From positions 93,682,001 to 93,746,000 of the forward strand of contig NC_043005.1 in NCBI RefSeq assembly GCF_006345805.1: 64,000 bases of DNA. Direction: 5' to 3'. Every line of letters begins with the position of its first letter. Within the stretch, counting starts at the first letter, position 1. The notes beneath the pieces were generated by a model. It searched no databases. It worked only from the letters and a program-made list of their open reading frames with translations, and was not told where the DNA came from. This DNA comes from Octopus sinensis. Lineage: Eukaryota. Shown here piece after piece: positions 14,451 through 27,686 of this stretch. A program made the translations under genes and the position numbers.

Positions 14451-14791
14451 TGATTGTAGATGGGTGGGGATTAGGTTCAGATGGAAGATTTGTAAACGGA
14501 ACCCTTTACCCCTTCATTTTTTTTTTTACAGAATCCCATGTTTTAGGCTATATAGATTCCGATTCGGAAAAAAAAATTTTTTTAAATCACATCTTCAAAA
14601 ATTCAACCCCATTTCTTCATTTTTTCACTTTTTCCGGAAATTGTTTTGGTGAAATACGTACAAAAACACAGAGATTATGATTCTGAAGAAAAATTATTTG
14701 TAAAATTTCAATTTTTCACCCACTCCCCCTTCAAGCAGGCTATTTACATTCTAGAAATAACAGCCAAATCTCACAAAACTGCGATAACATA

Positions 14792-15693
14792 ATGAAAGAA
14801 ATGTGTAAACAATCTACTCACCTTTCTGCAAAGATTTCTTTCAGAGTAATTTCCCGCAGTAATTTCACCACTGTGAAAAAAGGATTTCTACAGCGAGCAC
14901 CCAACAGAAGCGCAGCAGCACTAGAAGCTGTTATAATTGAAAATGTGTTACCCAGTACTATAATACATACAGGCAAATGGGCCGGCTATAAGAACTTACA
15001 ACAGCTGGGTTACATTCACAGAACGGTTAACCATTCAAAGAATTTCATCTACCCTGAAACTGGTGCTTACACAAACCACACTGTGGCCTATTGGTCCCGT
15101 ATTGAAAGATGGCTAAAGTATGTGACATGAAATGGTCCCGCGTCGATGTATTGAGAAATGTATGGATTTACTGTGAAGAAAAACTTCCAGAATTTCTAAA
15201 CATTCCTCGAACACATTGCAGAAGTTTATCCCCACTAATAGATTGAAATGCAATAAATCGATACTAGGGTTATAATTATGGGTAACAATTTCATATGACA
15301 CCGCTACGGAAAATGGGATTTTTTTCTAGCGGTGTCAAATGAAAATATCACCCATAATTATGACCCTAGTATCGATCTATTGCATTTTTAGAGTTAGGGG
15401 TTGGGGAAGGGTATCTTTTCTTCACAAATGTAAATAAACCCAATCTGTTTCTTAAAGGAGGGACATATTCATTATGCACAGAATGTTATTTACGTCAATG
15501 GAGCTAATTGATTGGTTAAAATTGCCAAAATGCAAGAAATTTTAGACGAAATATCTTACAACCTATAGAATTTTCTCAATAAAACCAAGAGAAAATGATG
15601 TTTTATAAACACATTCTACTAGTATACGAAGTTTAAAACTTTTTAGTTATCTAGAAATTATGTTACAAAGTGCTGTTCAAAAGGAAAAGATCC
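14792..15693 (+). mobile_element. Merlin (IS1016/IS1595-like) transposase fragment plus right TIR
   Basis: The ORF reads APNRSAAALEAVIIENVLPSTIIHTGKWAGYKNLQQLGYIHRTVNHSKNFIYPETGAYTNHTVAYWS, matching ISXO2-type TD.W..Y..L...H.TVNHS..FV.P.TGAHTN.IE..W. The catalytic D and E positions are altered (TG, VA). A degenerate TIR of the GGATC family ends gaaaagatcc at 15693. Confidence 0.8.
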
Positions 15694-15726
15694 CACTTTT
15701 TTCTCTTGGTTTTCTTGAGAAAATTG

Positions 15727-17029
15727 GGATCTTTTCCTTTTGATAGCCAGATTTCAACACAATTTCTAGTTAACTAAACACTTTAAAACTTCGTATACTG
15801 GTAGAATGTGTCAAAAGAAAACATTATTTTCACTTGGCTTTCTTGAGAGAATTGTAATTTGTTCGTTTAACGTAGTTTAATTTTTTGAATTTTAACCAAT
15901 CCTATCCTCTCTTTTGAGCTGAAATCATTTGCTGCATCTAAAAACTGAGACAACATCCGTTTTGTTCGTAATGTAGCGTTCGTGAGTTCGATATCAGGCC
16001 AACCTACCGGCCCCACGGTGGGATTTTTTTTCTTTACGATTATTAGTAAATTCACGTTTATTTATCAATATCGATAACGAATTACTGCCGTTGTTTAGAC
16101 CGGCCCCAGTACGTAACTGGTACTTAATTTATCCCTAACTTTAACCCTAACCCTAAACCTAACCCTGAACCTAACCCCTAACCCTAAACCTAACCAAAGC
16201 TAGTGACCGATGCTGGAAGGCTGTCACGAGATAGGGTTAGGGTTAGGGGTTAGGTTTAGGGTTAGGGGTTAGGCTTAGGGTTAGGGATAAATTAAGTACC
16301 AGTTACACACGCACGCACTGGTGTCGATAGAATCGACTTAATACTTTTGTCTCTCATGCTTTGTCCCCTCTGTTTTGCCCCTTGCCGGAACAAATTTACA
16401 CAAAAGGTAAATAAACCAGAAATGGGGCTCAATGTTTCATCGTTTTGGGGGTCGATAAATTAAGTACCAATTACACACTGGTGTCGAGGATTTTTTCCCC
16501 AATTTATATCACAGCCTCCGACAAGCTGGGGCATCCTTTTATGAAAAAATATTTCGCAAATTTTTACAATATGACCCACACTCCACGCACCCGATTTAGG
16601 CATATTATTGTTTTGTTTTTAGCCCTTCAAAACCATGGGGGAAGCCTTTTTGGTAAAAAAAAAATAAAGAAAATATTCAAAAAATATCGTTAATATTTTT
16701 ATTGGGCGACGAAATTCATCGATTTAAGAGATGTGGCTGTTGTTTCTAGCACATGCCAACACAACCCTCCTCGTTTGTTTATCAATATCAAGTGACAGGA
16801 TGTTGTCTCAGTTTTTAGACACAGCAAATGATATCAGCTCAAAAGAGAGCATAGGATTGGTTAAAATTCGAAAAATTAAACTACGTTAAACGAACAAATT
16901 ACAATTTTCTCAAGAAAGCCAAGTGAAAATAATGTTTTCTTTTGACACATTCTGCCAGTATACAAAGTTTTAAAGTGTTTAGTTAACTAGAAATTGTGTT
17001 GAAATCTGGCTATCAAAAGGAAAAGATCC
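15727..17029. mobile_element. Non-autonomous Merlin-like element, 1303 bp, 232-bp TIRs, 8-bp TSD
   Basis: 15727-15958 is the reverse complement of 16798-17029; termini GGATC/GATCC; TSD GAAAATTG at 15719-15726 and 17030-17037. Confidence 0.88.
16113..16306. repeat. Palindrome of degenerate (CCCTAA)n - core - (TTAGGG)n
   Basis: Outer arms gtaactggtacttaatttatccctaac and gttagggataaattaagtaccagttac are exact reverse complements, with telomere-like hexamers between them. Confidence 0.9.
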
Positions 17030-17037
17030 GAAAATTG

Positions 17038-17674
17038 TAATTTGTAAGTTTAGGGTAGTTTAATTTTTCGAATTTTAACCAATCGATTACCTCTATTGAG
17101 CTAAAATCATTTGCTGCGTCTAAAACTGAGACAACATCCTGTCACTAACCCTAAATTTTAGCCTTTCGTTTCTTTTTCTTAATTGTTAAATTAATTTAAT
17201 TGTTACGCGTGTGTCTAAAATTATTCGTTTTGTTTTTGTTTGGAGTTTTTGCTTTCGTTTTTTTTCTTAATTGTTAAATTAATTTAAGGATAACAATTAA
17301 GAAAAAAAAAACGAAAGCAATGGAAAATAATTTTAATTTAGCAATTAAGAAAAAAAAAAACGAAACCAAAAACTCCAAACAAAAACAAAACGAATAATTT
17401 GACACACGCGTAACAATTAAATTAATTTAACATTTAAGAAAAAAAAAACGAAAGGCTATAATTTAGGGTTAGGGTTAGTGACAGGATGTTGTCTCAGTTT
17501 TAGACGCAGCAAATGATTTTAGCTCAATCGATTGGTTAAAATTCGAAAAATTAAACAACGTTAAACTTTCAAATTACAATTTTCTCAAGAAAGCCAAGAG
17601 AAAAAAATGTTTTATTTTGACACATTCTACCAGTATACGAAGTTTAAAAGTGTTTAGTTAACTAGAAATTGTGT
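17038..17674. mobile_element. Palindromic (fold-back) copy of the same family, host of the 15727-17029 insertion
   Basis: The arms fold about ~17290-17330. The left arm continues from 15695-15726 across the TSD, and the right arm runs to ctagaaattgtgtt at 17674. Confidence 0.75.
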
Positions 17675-18199
17675 TTATCTTTTATTTTCCCCGAAAATGC
17701 TCCTCCCATGGTTTTGAAGTACAAAATAATTGGCCAAAATCGGTCCGGAGTGGACTGATGTGAGGGAGGGGAGTGTACAAAAACAAAAAAATTCTGAACG
17801 TGTTTTCCCCACATCATTTCGAAGGCTGTAGTAAAAAGAAAAATGGGTAGGATACATTGGAAAAATACTTTCGAAGTTGCTTCGGCCGATAGAATAACTA
17901 CTAGACTAAAAAAAAATATAACTACTGCAGCCGATTTATTCGACCAAAACCTTTGATGTGGTGCCCCAGTATGGCCGCAGTCCAGTAAGGGAAACAAGTA
18001 AACGATATAAGATAATACCTTTACTTTCTACTTGTTTCAGTCATTGGACTGCGGCCTAGAAGGGTCAACAAAATTAATGCGGCGATCACAGACGATAATT
18101 TTAATTAAGACTAAATCTACAGACAGGACAATGATTAACAAAATTAAACAAAGGCAACGAATGTTTTTGATGAGTTGAGAATCAAAAGTGGTGACATTT

Positions 18200-18805
18200 C
18201 GGCGTGGTGCTAAAGACACCGTTTTCGGTGCTATCAGTAAAACAGCTGTGAAATGGAAAAAGGTATAACACGACCTTAATTTCCATTCAGCACTTATTAA
18301 ACATTTACATTATATTATATCGTGGCCAGGAAGTGATGCCAGAATTTTCATACGTGTTAATGGATGGGTGAATAGAAGCGTTGGGAGCTCAATCGCGAGC
18401 CCAATCACTATTTTTTCGTGATTGAGCCGGATATTGAACTCTTCTACTGACTGATCCACCAACCCGTACGACAACGGCAAGTGAAAATTAAGACTGATAA
18501 ACCTAACTTTTTCCCCACAGAGGTTACTCCTTTACCACCCCTTTCGCGAACGCGCATTTTTTTTGTCGTATCCGTTTAGAGGAAGTTACACCTATTACAC
18601 TATTTTATTTTCATGACCGGGTCAAACGCTTTAGTTTAACCAAAATTACAGTAACCGAATATTTTCTTTGAATTTACCTCGTAATTGGGACCTTTTATAA
18701 TGAATGAATTTAATTAAATTGTTACAGAGTGAGCGATACCCATTGCGTGTTCAAGTGGGAAGCGGAGCCTCGTTTTCGCTGTAATCACATTTCAGAAGCA
18801 AGCAC
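18200..18805 (+). promoter_or_regulatory. Probable promoter/5' UTR of POLR1B
   Basis: Non-repetitive and visibly CpG-retaining (e.g. tttcgcgaacgcgc, atcgcgag, gaagcggagcctcg), directly upstream of exon 1, whereas the introns are CpG-depleted. TSS not determinable. Confidence 0.55.
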
Positions 18806-18898
18806 ATGTCGGGAAGCATGTCGGAAGACAAGAGAGATCTTTATTTTAAAGCTTTAAATTCTCCAAATTATGGCAGTTTGCACGATAAGCAACACAAC
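18806..18898 (+). CDS. POLR1B: POLR1B exon 1 (MSGSMSEDKRDLYFKALNSPNYGSLHDKQHN)
   Basis: ATG at 18806 (alternative ATG 4 codons later), donor GTAAGA at 18899, phase 0. Resembles the RPA2 N-terminus (human LKHLTDPSYG). Confidence 0.8.
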
Positions 18899-21800
18899 GT
18901 AAGAGCTTACTTAATTTCATGTTATATTTATTTAATTTAAGCGATGATTATGGCAACTCTTTACTGTAATATTGTTATTTGTATTAACGGAACACGTGTG
19001 TCTTCAGTTACATTCGGTATCGGCAAGTAAACAAATCGATAAATGCGTATTAATCCAATTTATATTGAGTCTGAACACGATGTATTGATAATAACTCTGT
19101 TTAATCTTTGTAAATAATTCTTTAACAATATATATCCTGATCATCGGTTTGTGTATCTGTCTTCATCACGTAATTCATCACCCATGTTTCAACTTTGATT
19201 AAAAGTTACTGGAACCCTTAAACAGATGAATAACAAACTGTTGCGTTTTATTGTTTCTTTCTTGGCACCATCATTCGTTTCAATGAAATATTCTTGAAAT
19301 TTATTATTACATTTCGCTTCATACATATACACTTGTTGATGATCATGGGGTGCTATATTCTATTCTGTAAAATATTAGGCTTTTTGTGCCGTTACGAAAC
19401 TATTGTTAAATATTACTTGGATTGTCTTGGGTCCTTTTAGGAAATTTGGGAAAAGTTAGAACGATACCCTTCCTTGTTTAAAATAACAAATATATAACCT
19501 TTAGTACTATAGGTTAGAAGTAACTTTCCGGCTAAACCCAGTGCTCGGCTTGGTTTCTGCTCAGAGTATTAGCTCTTCCAATTGTATTGCTAATTTAATA
19601 ATTTTTCATGAACATTTAGTAGCATATGTCAATTTAAATTGGCTTCGCATCGAAACTTGGATTATGTCGCAGTACGATCCTAAAGTATTTACAAATTGAT
19701 TTGGTTATTATCGGAATATCATTGTGGCCTGTTACAACTGTATGTTTTCGGTGCCCGGAGAACTCATTCTGGTTTCGATTTTCAATTATAAATTGGTGTC
19801 TTTTAAAGATGGTATATTTATCACATCTAAAACCCAAGCCATCATCATCATCATTGCCTATACGTAATATTTTAGGGCTAATATTGCCATCTGCTTGAAA
19901 GCACAGCAAAATCTCTCAAATTATGCCTCACCGTTTTAAATATAGAAAGTACATATTAGATAATGTAGTGCTATTTACCCTTGAAAAGACCAATGCTCAC
20001 TGCCACACTGCTTTTGATAACAGACCTTACTGGATCAGAGTGAATCTGCGATTAAACAACAAAGATATTGTTAAAACGATGTCGACCAGGCCTGCTAATG
20101 CTAGAAAATAATGTTTCACTTAAGTCGATACTTTCTGTCAAAGCTTGAGAAAATGTTTTATTTTGGATAATGCTTACTTATGCGTATAAAACACACAAAC
20201 TTATATTCTTTTTGTATAAGTCTATGCCCCTTGGCTGCTGGAAGTAGATTAGGATAATTGTGCTGATGACGCCTATCTAGACAGAAACACATACCCATAG
20301 CTATCATATTACCTCCAGATAAGCTTGTACTTTTCCTTAATTGTATGTTATCTTGGAAAAATTTTGATTCTTGATATAATCCCACCTCCTCATATAGAAC
20401 TAGTCTCAATTGCCATTTGGTATAGGCAGAGATAATTATAATAAATCAAGAATTTATAATGTATGGTATTTTATATGCCTTGTTCATATACATACTACTG
20501 CCACCCTGCCTTATTTCTCTTAGCTCTTTTTTGTTTTACATTTATTAGGAATAGAATTAAAATAGATGTGATGCAGTTTGGTTTTGTGCCTGGGAAGTGT
20601 ACCAGAGATGCCATCTTCCTAGTGAGATAGCTGCAGAAGTATCAGGCCAAAAGTAAACCATTGTACTTGACTTTCATTGACCTGGAGAAAACTTTTGACA
20701 GAATCCCTTGCTCTGTTATCTGATGGTCTCTAAAGAAGTTAGGAGTTGATGAGTGGCTTGTTAGAGCTGTACAAGCTATGTATAGCAGTGTTATTCGGAG
20801 AGTAAGAGTTGGCGATGAATATAGTGATGAATTTAGTGTACAAGTAGGGGTTCACTAGGGTTCAGTTCTCAGTTCACTCTTGTTCATCATAGCCTTCCAG
20901 GTTATAACAGAGGAATTTAAAACTGGATGCCTGTGAGAGCTGATGACCTTGCTCTTATTGCAAAATTGGAGAAGAAATTTCAGGTAGGGAAGCAAAACCT
21001 GGAATCAAAGGGTTTAAAGTTAATCTAGCAACACCTAAAGTTGTTTAAAGAAAGTGGATAAAAGTCTCTTTCCGTCAGGTAAATGGCCCTGCTCACTATA
21101 TAGGAAAGGCATTGGAAGAAATTCCAGTCGTTGTACCCAGTGCAAATTATGGACACATAAGAGGTGTAATGGAATTAGTGGTAGATTAACAGAGATAGTC
21201 TTCATATGTGGTAGATGTACAGGAACAATTAACACTAAGAGTACACGGGACTTAGACTCTCTTAAATGTCCAGAAGGTTCTCTTGAGGTTGTGGATAGTT
21301 TCTGTTACCTAGGTAACCAAATTAGCAGTGGTAGAGGATGTTCTGAAAGTATTGTTGCTAGAACAAGAACAGGATGGAGGAAGTTCAGAGAGTTATTATC
21401 TCTGTTGACAACAAGAGGTCTCTCTCTCAGAGTGAAAGGTAGATAGTATGATACTTGTGTATGAACAGCTATACTCCATGGTAGTGAGACGTGGGCTCTA
21501 ATTGCAGAAGGCGTGCATAGATTAGGTAGGAATGAAGGCAGTGCGCAACATCAGTGTGTATGTACAACAAAGTGTAAATGGACTGAGAGAAAATTTGGGC
21601 ATAAGAGGTATCAAATGCAGCATGCAAGAGAGAAGACTATGCTGGTTTGGACATATGATGCGTATGAATGAAGACAGCTGTATAAAGAAGTACCAATCAC
21701 TGAGAGTGGATGGCACCTGTGGAAGAGGGAAACCTAGGAAAACATGGGTTGAAGTTGTGAGGACCGGTCTCAGGATGTTGGCCCTCATTGAAGAGATGAC

Positions 21801-24800
21801 AATGAGCCAAGATGTCTGGTGATATGAGATTCGTGAGAAGACCTGCACATCTCGGCTGTGTGTTCCACCCATACATTAAAAATTTTCACATATCGTATCT
21901 CGTTAAATCAAACTACATCTTAGCTTCTCTGCTTTCTCACATTTCCTCTTTTTTCATGCACTCTGCTTACTTCTCTCTCCCCATTGCAACCCAATCCTGT
22001 CCTACTGTATCTTTGCTATCCTGTTTTCACCAGTCACTCCATTCTCTATGTTCCCTCTTCTTTGCATTCACATGAACTCATGCACCCTTAGCAATGCTCT
22101 ATCATCCCATTTTTATTCTCTCACTTGTTCTCTTTCACTCTCATTCATGATCACTCCTTCTCTTTCTCTCTACAGCAAGACACCTGTTTCTGTCCCTCTG
22201 TCATACACTAATCTCTCAGCACCTGGCACAAAGCGCCACCCCCATCTTTGTCTCCCAAGTTATTTGGTGACCCCATCAGTACTGCTGCCATGTAAAAAGC
22301 ATCAGGTTCACACTGTAAAGTGGTTGGCATTTAGAATGGTTTCCAGCTATAAAAACAATTTCAAAACAAATCTCACTTGTGCTGATGCCACATGAAAAGT
22401 ACCCAGTCCAATCTGTAAAGCACTTGGCACTAGGAAGGGTATCCAGCCAGAAAAACCATGCCAAAACAGCTTGGTACAGTCCTCTGGTTTGCCAGTTCCT
22501 GTCAAGCTGTCCAACCCACGCCAGTGTGGAAAATGGACATTAAATGATGATGATGATGTGTGTGTAAACCCAAATCAAAACTTTAGCTGTCACTTACATA
22601 CAATGATTATGAACTGGTGGTAGGTAACATACTTTTGCTAATTGTTTTAGGTGCCTATGTAGTCATGGGTATTTGACTGTGGACAGAGACTCTAACACCT
22701 TGGCTTTCCCGTCCCTTAACCCAATGGAGTATGAGGATAGGATTACTGAAAGTGTCCTCACCCTCAAGGTAACACTTTCATGCCCATTGTTTTGGTGTTC
22801 AACGTTTGATCATAAAAGCTTGTCAGTTCTATTCTTTGACCAGGCAGCACATAGTGGCCTTCCAACAAAGTACTTTGTTTCTCATTGTTCCAGTGTACTC
22901 AGCTGAAAATAAGTACAAGCCTTAGGTGGTGCAGCCCTTTCATGTTCCACTGGGTGAGGGAGTAGGAGGGCTGAAAGGATTTATATCTGCTCACATAGGC
23001 ACCTAAAAGAATTAGCAAATGTCTGGTATATGCCACCAATTCTTATTCACTTCCAGATGATTCTATAAAGCAGTGGTTCCCAAAGTAGGCGGTATTGCCC
23101 CCCTGGGGGGCGGTTGAATGTTCCTAGGGGGTGTTGGAGAAAAGTGGGGCAATAATGGGGTAGCTAGTCGTGTAAAAACAACAATAATGGTTTCATTAAG
23201 TGAATTACAGTCGCTTTGAATTTGCTTCAGAAAGAGGTCTGTGTTTGGGGTGGGGGTACTAGGAATGTGGTCTGGGTGTCAAGGGGATGGCAGCCCGAAA
23301 AAGTTTGGGGACCACTGCTATAAAGAAACATTTTTTTTTGTTAAACTTAAATGAGTTAACTTTCTAACAGCAGACTGAACCACCCAACCACCTACTTTTT
23401 GCTGTTACCACTAAAAGCATTCAGTACACTGTGTAAGTGGTTGGTAATCCAGCAGTAATAATGTAAGGCTAGAGAGGAAGACGCTTTAGTCTTGCCAAAT
23501 ATAAAGCAACACTTCTGGTGCTGGTGCCATCCAGTATACTTTGTAAAGTGGTTGGTGGTTAGGAAAGGTTTCAAGTTGTAGAAACCATGGTGTAACTGAG
23601 AGACATTGGAATAAGGCATGGTCTTCTGACCTGTTGGAGCCTGTTGAATTATCCCAGCCCATGCCAGCATGGAAAACCAAATGTAAAATGGTGATGCTGA
23701 TTATTTTCTTGCAATTCTAAATTAATATGTGACACATAAAACAGGATCAATTCTAATAGAAATGATTTTTATTCCAGAGGAGCTTTGGAGTAGAACATCT
23801 TGTTCTGCAGTTTGGTGCTCTGATGTAAAGATATTTGTTTGGCTCAACATGTGTGCATACAACCTATATAGAAGAAAGCTCTTTTAGTCCTCACCTAGAC
23901 AAACTTAGATGCTGGAGGCATGATAGAAATACATTCAGACTTTTCTGTAAAACCATTGGCAATAACAAGGGCATCCAACCATAAGAACAAAAAGTATACA
24001 CTGGCAAAGATGAGTAGTTATTTTTTTTGCTGTGGCAAGGCTCAGTGAGATTCATCTAATTGATGCCACCAAATAAAAATGAATCAAAGACTGATCATAA
24101 TGATGGTGTTCTACCTTCTTTTGTCTGCAGAGGTGAAAACAAATAATAGTCAGATGGTGCAAGAGATTCCACCCAAGTTCATGCAACTTTGTATGGGTAG
24201 CCAAAGACACATGTAGTTGGGGGTAGTCCTGGTTGAATACAGCCCCTTTCCTGTTGGAAAGCACTGATTCAAATTTGCTAGCTGACTGCAGTGCACATCA
24301 GAATCAATGGTCTGATTTTGTGGGAGTAACTCATAGTAAATAATGCCTTTGAAATCCCAACAGCTCCAAAGTATATCTTTTTTAAATGAATATTCTGTTT
24401 CAGAAGCTGTTTTGGAGGATTATCATGCAAACTCCAGGATCTTTCTCTCACTATGTTATCATAAACAATCCATTTTTTATCTCCAGTTACCAGTTGTTTC
24501 AGGAAAGGCCTATTTTCATTGCATTTCAGAAGCATGTCACAGATGGAATACCGGTCTATGCAGTTTAGTTTTGACAGATTGTGAAGTATTTGTGAATGGT
24601 ACTTTTGGAAACTTCCAACTGCTTTGCAAATTCTCTAGTCATAATATTTGATTAATTTGCATAATCTGTGCAAGTAATTTATATAATTTATGTTTATCTC
24701 TATTTTCAGCTTATTCAGTATTTGGTACGTTCACATGTGGATTCCTTCAATTTTATGCTTGCTAACACTCTTCAGAGAAGTTTAGAGGTAAGTTGTCGAT

Positions 24801-27645
24801 TCATCTTAAAGTTAAGAAATTATTTGTAACTAAGACAAAAAATGTGTTCCTTTTTATCTGCTACACAGAGAAAAGTCACTTTAGACCTCAATGAGCAGAG
24901 AGATAGTTTTTAATCGCTTTAAATAGGCAAGGCATTTTTACTTACACATCTTGCTCTATGCTAATCTTGTGTTTATAATCCCAGAGCAAAAGCTATGACT
25001 GTTGTGAGGTGAAGGTACTCGACTACTGACCACATGGTCATAAGTTTAGACAGTATTATGTCACTTAACTCTGCTTACTCCATCTGTCTAGAACAGGTTT
25101 CACCCTCTATATCACACTTGAGTGGTCAGCATTAGAGAAGATATCTATCTGCTATCTGTGAAAACAGTTGTTCCAACAAATAACCATCTTATAATAACGG
25201 TAAAACATTGAAAAAACAAAATGTGCTAAATTAAGCTTATTATTTTTAAGAACATTTACTGACAGGGAGATTACAATACTGAGAGTAGCGTCAAATATAG
25301 AAGGCAAATGTCTCTATGCTCAAGCAACCCATTTGCAACTAACTTTGAATTTGTTTCCTGACCTTTGGACTTATCTGATTTTGGTGTCAATAAAATATAA
25401 ATTCCATTCATTGAAATTTTTAATAAAATAACTCCTTATCTGAGTTTTCCCATACCAACCTGCCTAAAACTGATCCTGGTTCTGTTATACAAACTCCCTG
25501 TTTTGAAGTGATCTAAATTAAGGCTTCCCATCACAACAAAGTTATTTTACCAAATTCTTCATTATTTTCAAAATGAAGGAGTTGATGAGGCTTTCCATCT
25601 GTATTCCTTTATAAACACCAGAAAGAGAATTTTTCTTTACTGGTTGAATAAGGTGTCAGATAAAAGTTAATATCCCAGCCAAAACAAATTTTATAGTAAA
25701 ACAAAAATAAAACAAATCTATCGTGAATGTTTGGGTTTGACTTCTAAAGAGTTGCAATTTTGATGTAAATGACTCTTATTCAGCTTCACGTCTGCCAGCT
25801 ACATCTGTGGTCTGTCTGATATTTATACTAGAATATGTAGGTATCTTCTGGTTTATACAATATGACTGAGAAAACTTGCAGAACAGTCATTGGTCTAAAA
25901 CTGAGACCCAGCTAAGTCAAATTTGAGATCCTTTGTTTGTCAAAGTGCATATTCTCTTTATGTTAATAATTTTGCTACAGTAAATATTACTGTAGAATAT
26001 ATTTGGTGATCCTGCCAGTTCTGGTACTACTTAAAAAGAATCCAGTTCACGCTGTAAAGTGGTTGACATTTGGAAGAGCATCCAACAGTAAAAACCTTGC
26101 CAAAACAGACTCAGAAGTCTGGTGCGGTCTTCTGCCTGGCCAGCTCTTGTCAAACCATCCAACCCATGCCAGCATGAAAGCAGGATGTTAAATGATGATG
26201 ATGATATTCTATAGTGGCACAAAAGTTAGTGTTCCTTATCTTTCCATCGTGATTCATTTATTTCTAATGATTTCCTAATTCAATTTATTCCAGAGTTTGC
26301 CTGAGCATGCATTCAGGACTGAATATGGACAAATTATTTCTTTCAACATTAAGGTAAGTAATGGAAGAGTGATGCTGGACATTTTATAATTTAGTGGAGA
26401 AATTAATTTTGTAAATTTATCCATAACAAATATATATCAGTTCACTACAAGCTACACAAATGGGTGAGATATTGGTCCCTCAACCCCAATTACATATTAT
26501 TTGTTCCTCAAGAAAATCTTCATGTACTGTTTCTTACCACAGCTACCCATTAGTATCAATAATGTATTTTACAGGATATAAAAAAATTACATTCACACAC
26601 ATGGTTTATTGTTCATCTTAAACACTGATGTACAAAAACAGGTTTGGCTATTATTATCAATGATGATGATGGTGATGATGTTGTTTAGCCCTTAATCAGT
26701 GATTGAGTAAATTTATTGTCAAAGGTATTCCAGCTACAAACATTTGATTTTTAATTCTAGGTTAGCTTATATTGGACCTCATTATCCAATAGTTCATGAC
26801 TTCTTCAAGGCAGTAGGATGTGATTTGAGGAAAATATGGCAGGTTCATAAAATTGGCCTCTGTTGTTGCAAGTAATAGCATTGAGGTTTAAAGATGGGTG
26901 CAAGCAGTTTTGAAAATTAATAATGCTTAGAGGACTCCTTAGAAGTTGTTGATTGCTTCTATCATGTAAGCAAACAGATTAACAATGGAGGAAGGTGTAG
27001 TTCTAAATATGTTGTAGTATCATCTGAGGAATTGTTACTTCTGCTGGCAACAAAAGGATTCTCTGAATAAAAGGCAGAGTGTTTGATACTTGTGTTTAAA
27101 GTGCTGTGTGGCATGGCAGAAAAACATAGGCATTGAACGTGGAGGGTTTACAAAAGCTGGGGAAAAAATGAAGCAAGCATAATCCACCAGATGTGTAAGT
27201 AATGTTTGGGTGGATGAATGAGGGACCATTAATGGAACTTGTGAAAAACTGAAGACTGAAATGGAAAAGCATATGGATGATTAGCAGTGGTTAAAGAAGT
27301 TCCAAGCAATCTAGATGGGAGGAACCTACAGAACATCCAGGATGACACAAGAAGGAATGGTAACAGCTAATTTCAGGAGATTGAACTGCATAAAGGAAAT
27401 GGCAAAGAGATCACAAACGATGAGATTTTGTGCTAGAGAAAAACACATCTAACACATGCAAGTAGGTAAAGCCAGGTGTAAAATGATGATGGTGAAAACA
27501 ATGATGATGCTGTTATTTTATTTTTATTTTGAATTTCCTAATTTTATTTTTCTAGGATATCTTTATTGGTAATCCCACAGTTTCTAAATCAAATGTGTCT
27601 GGAGCAACACAGATGCTTTATCCAGCAGAAGTAAGTTGTTGTTGT

Positions 27646-27686
<41 letters not shown>

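Noticed and set aside
14792-15130. Bacterial IS1595 contamination or recent horizontal transfer
   Set aside because: The fragment is embedded among eukaryotic repeats, is decayed and is linked to local MITE TIRs. The eukaryotic Merlin superfamily explains it.
16133-16286. Ancient telomere-telomere fusion site
   Set aside because: A fusion gives (TTAGGG)n followed by (CCCTAA)n. The polarity here is the reverse and the block sits inside a transposon.
17755-17770. 7SK-like GATGTGAGGG
   Set aside because: A 10-nt match only, inside a repeat, with no further 7SK features.
19440-20460. Possible decayed non-LTR element on the - strand
   Set aside because: Only vague similarity and no diagnostic motif, so it was not called.
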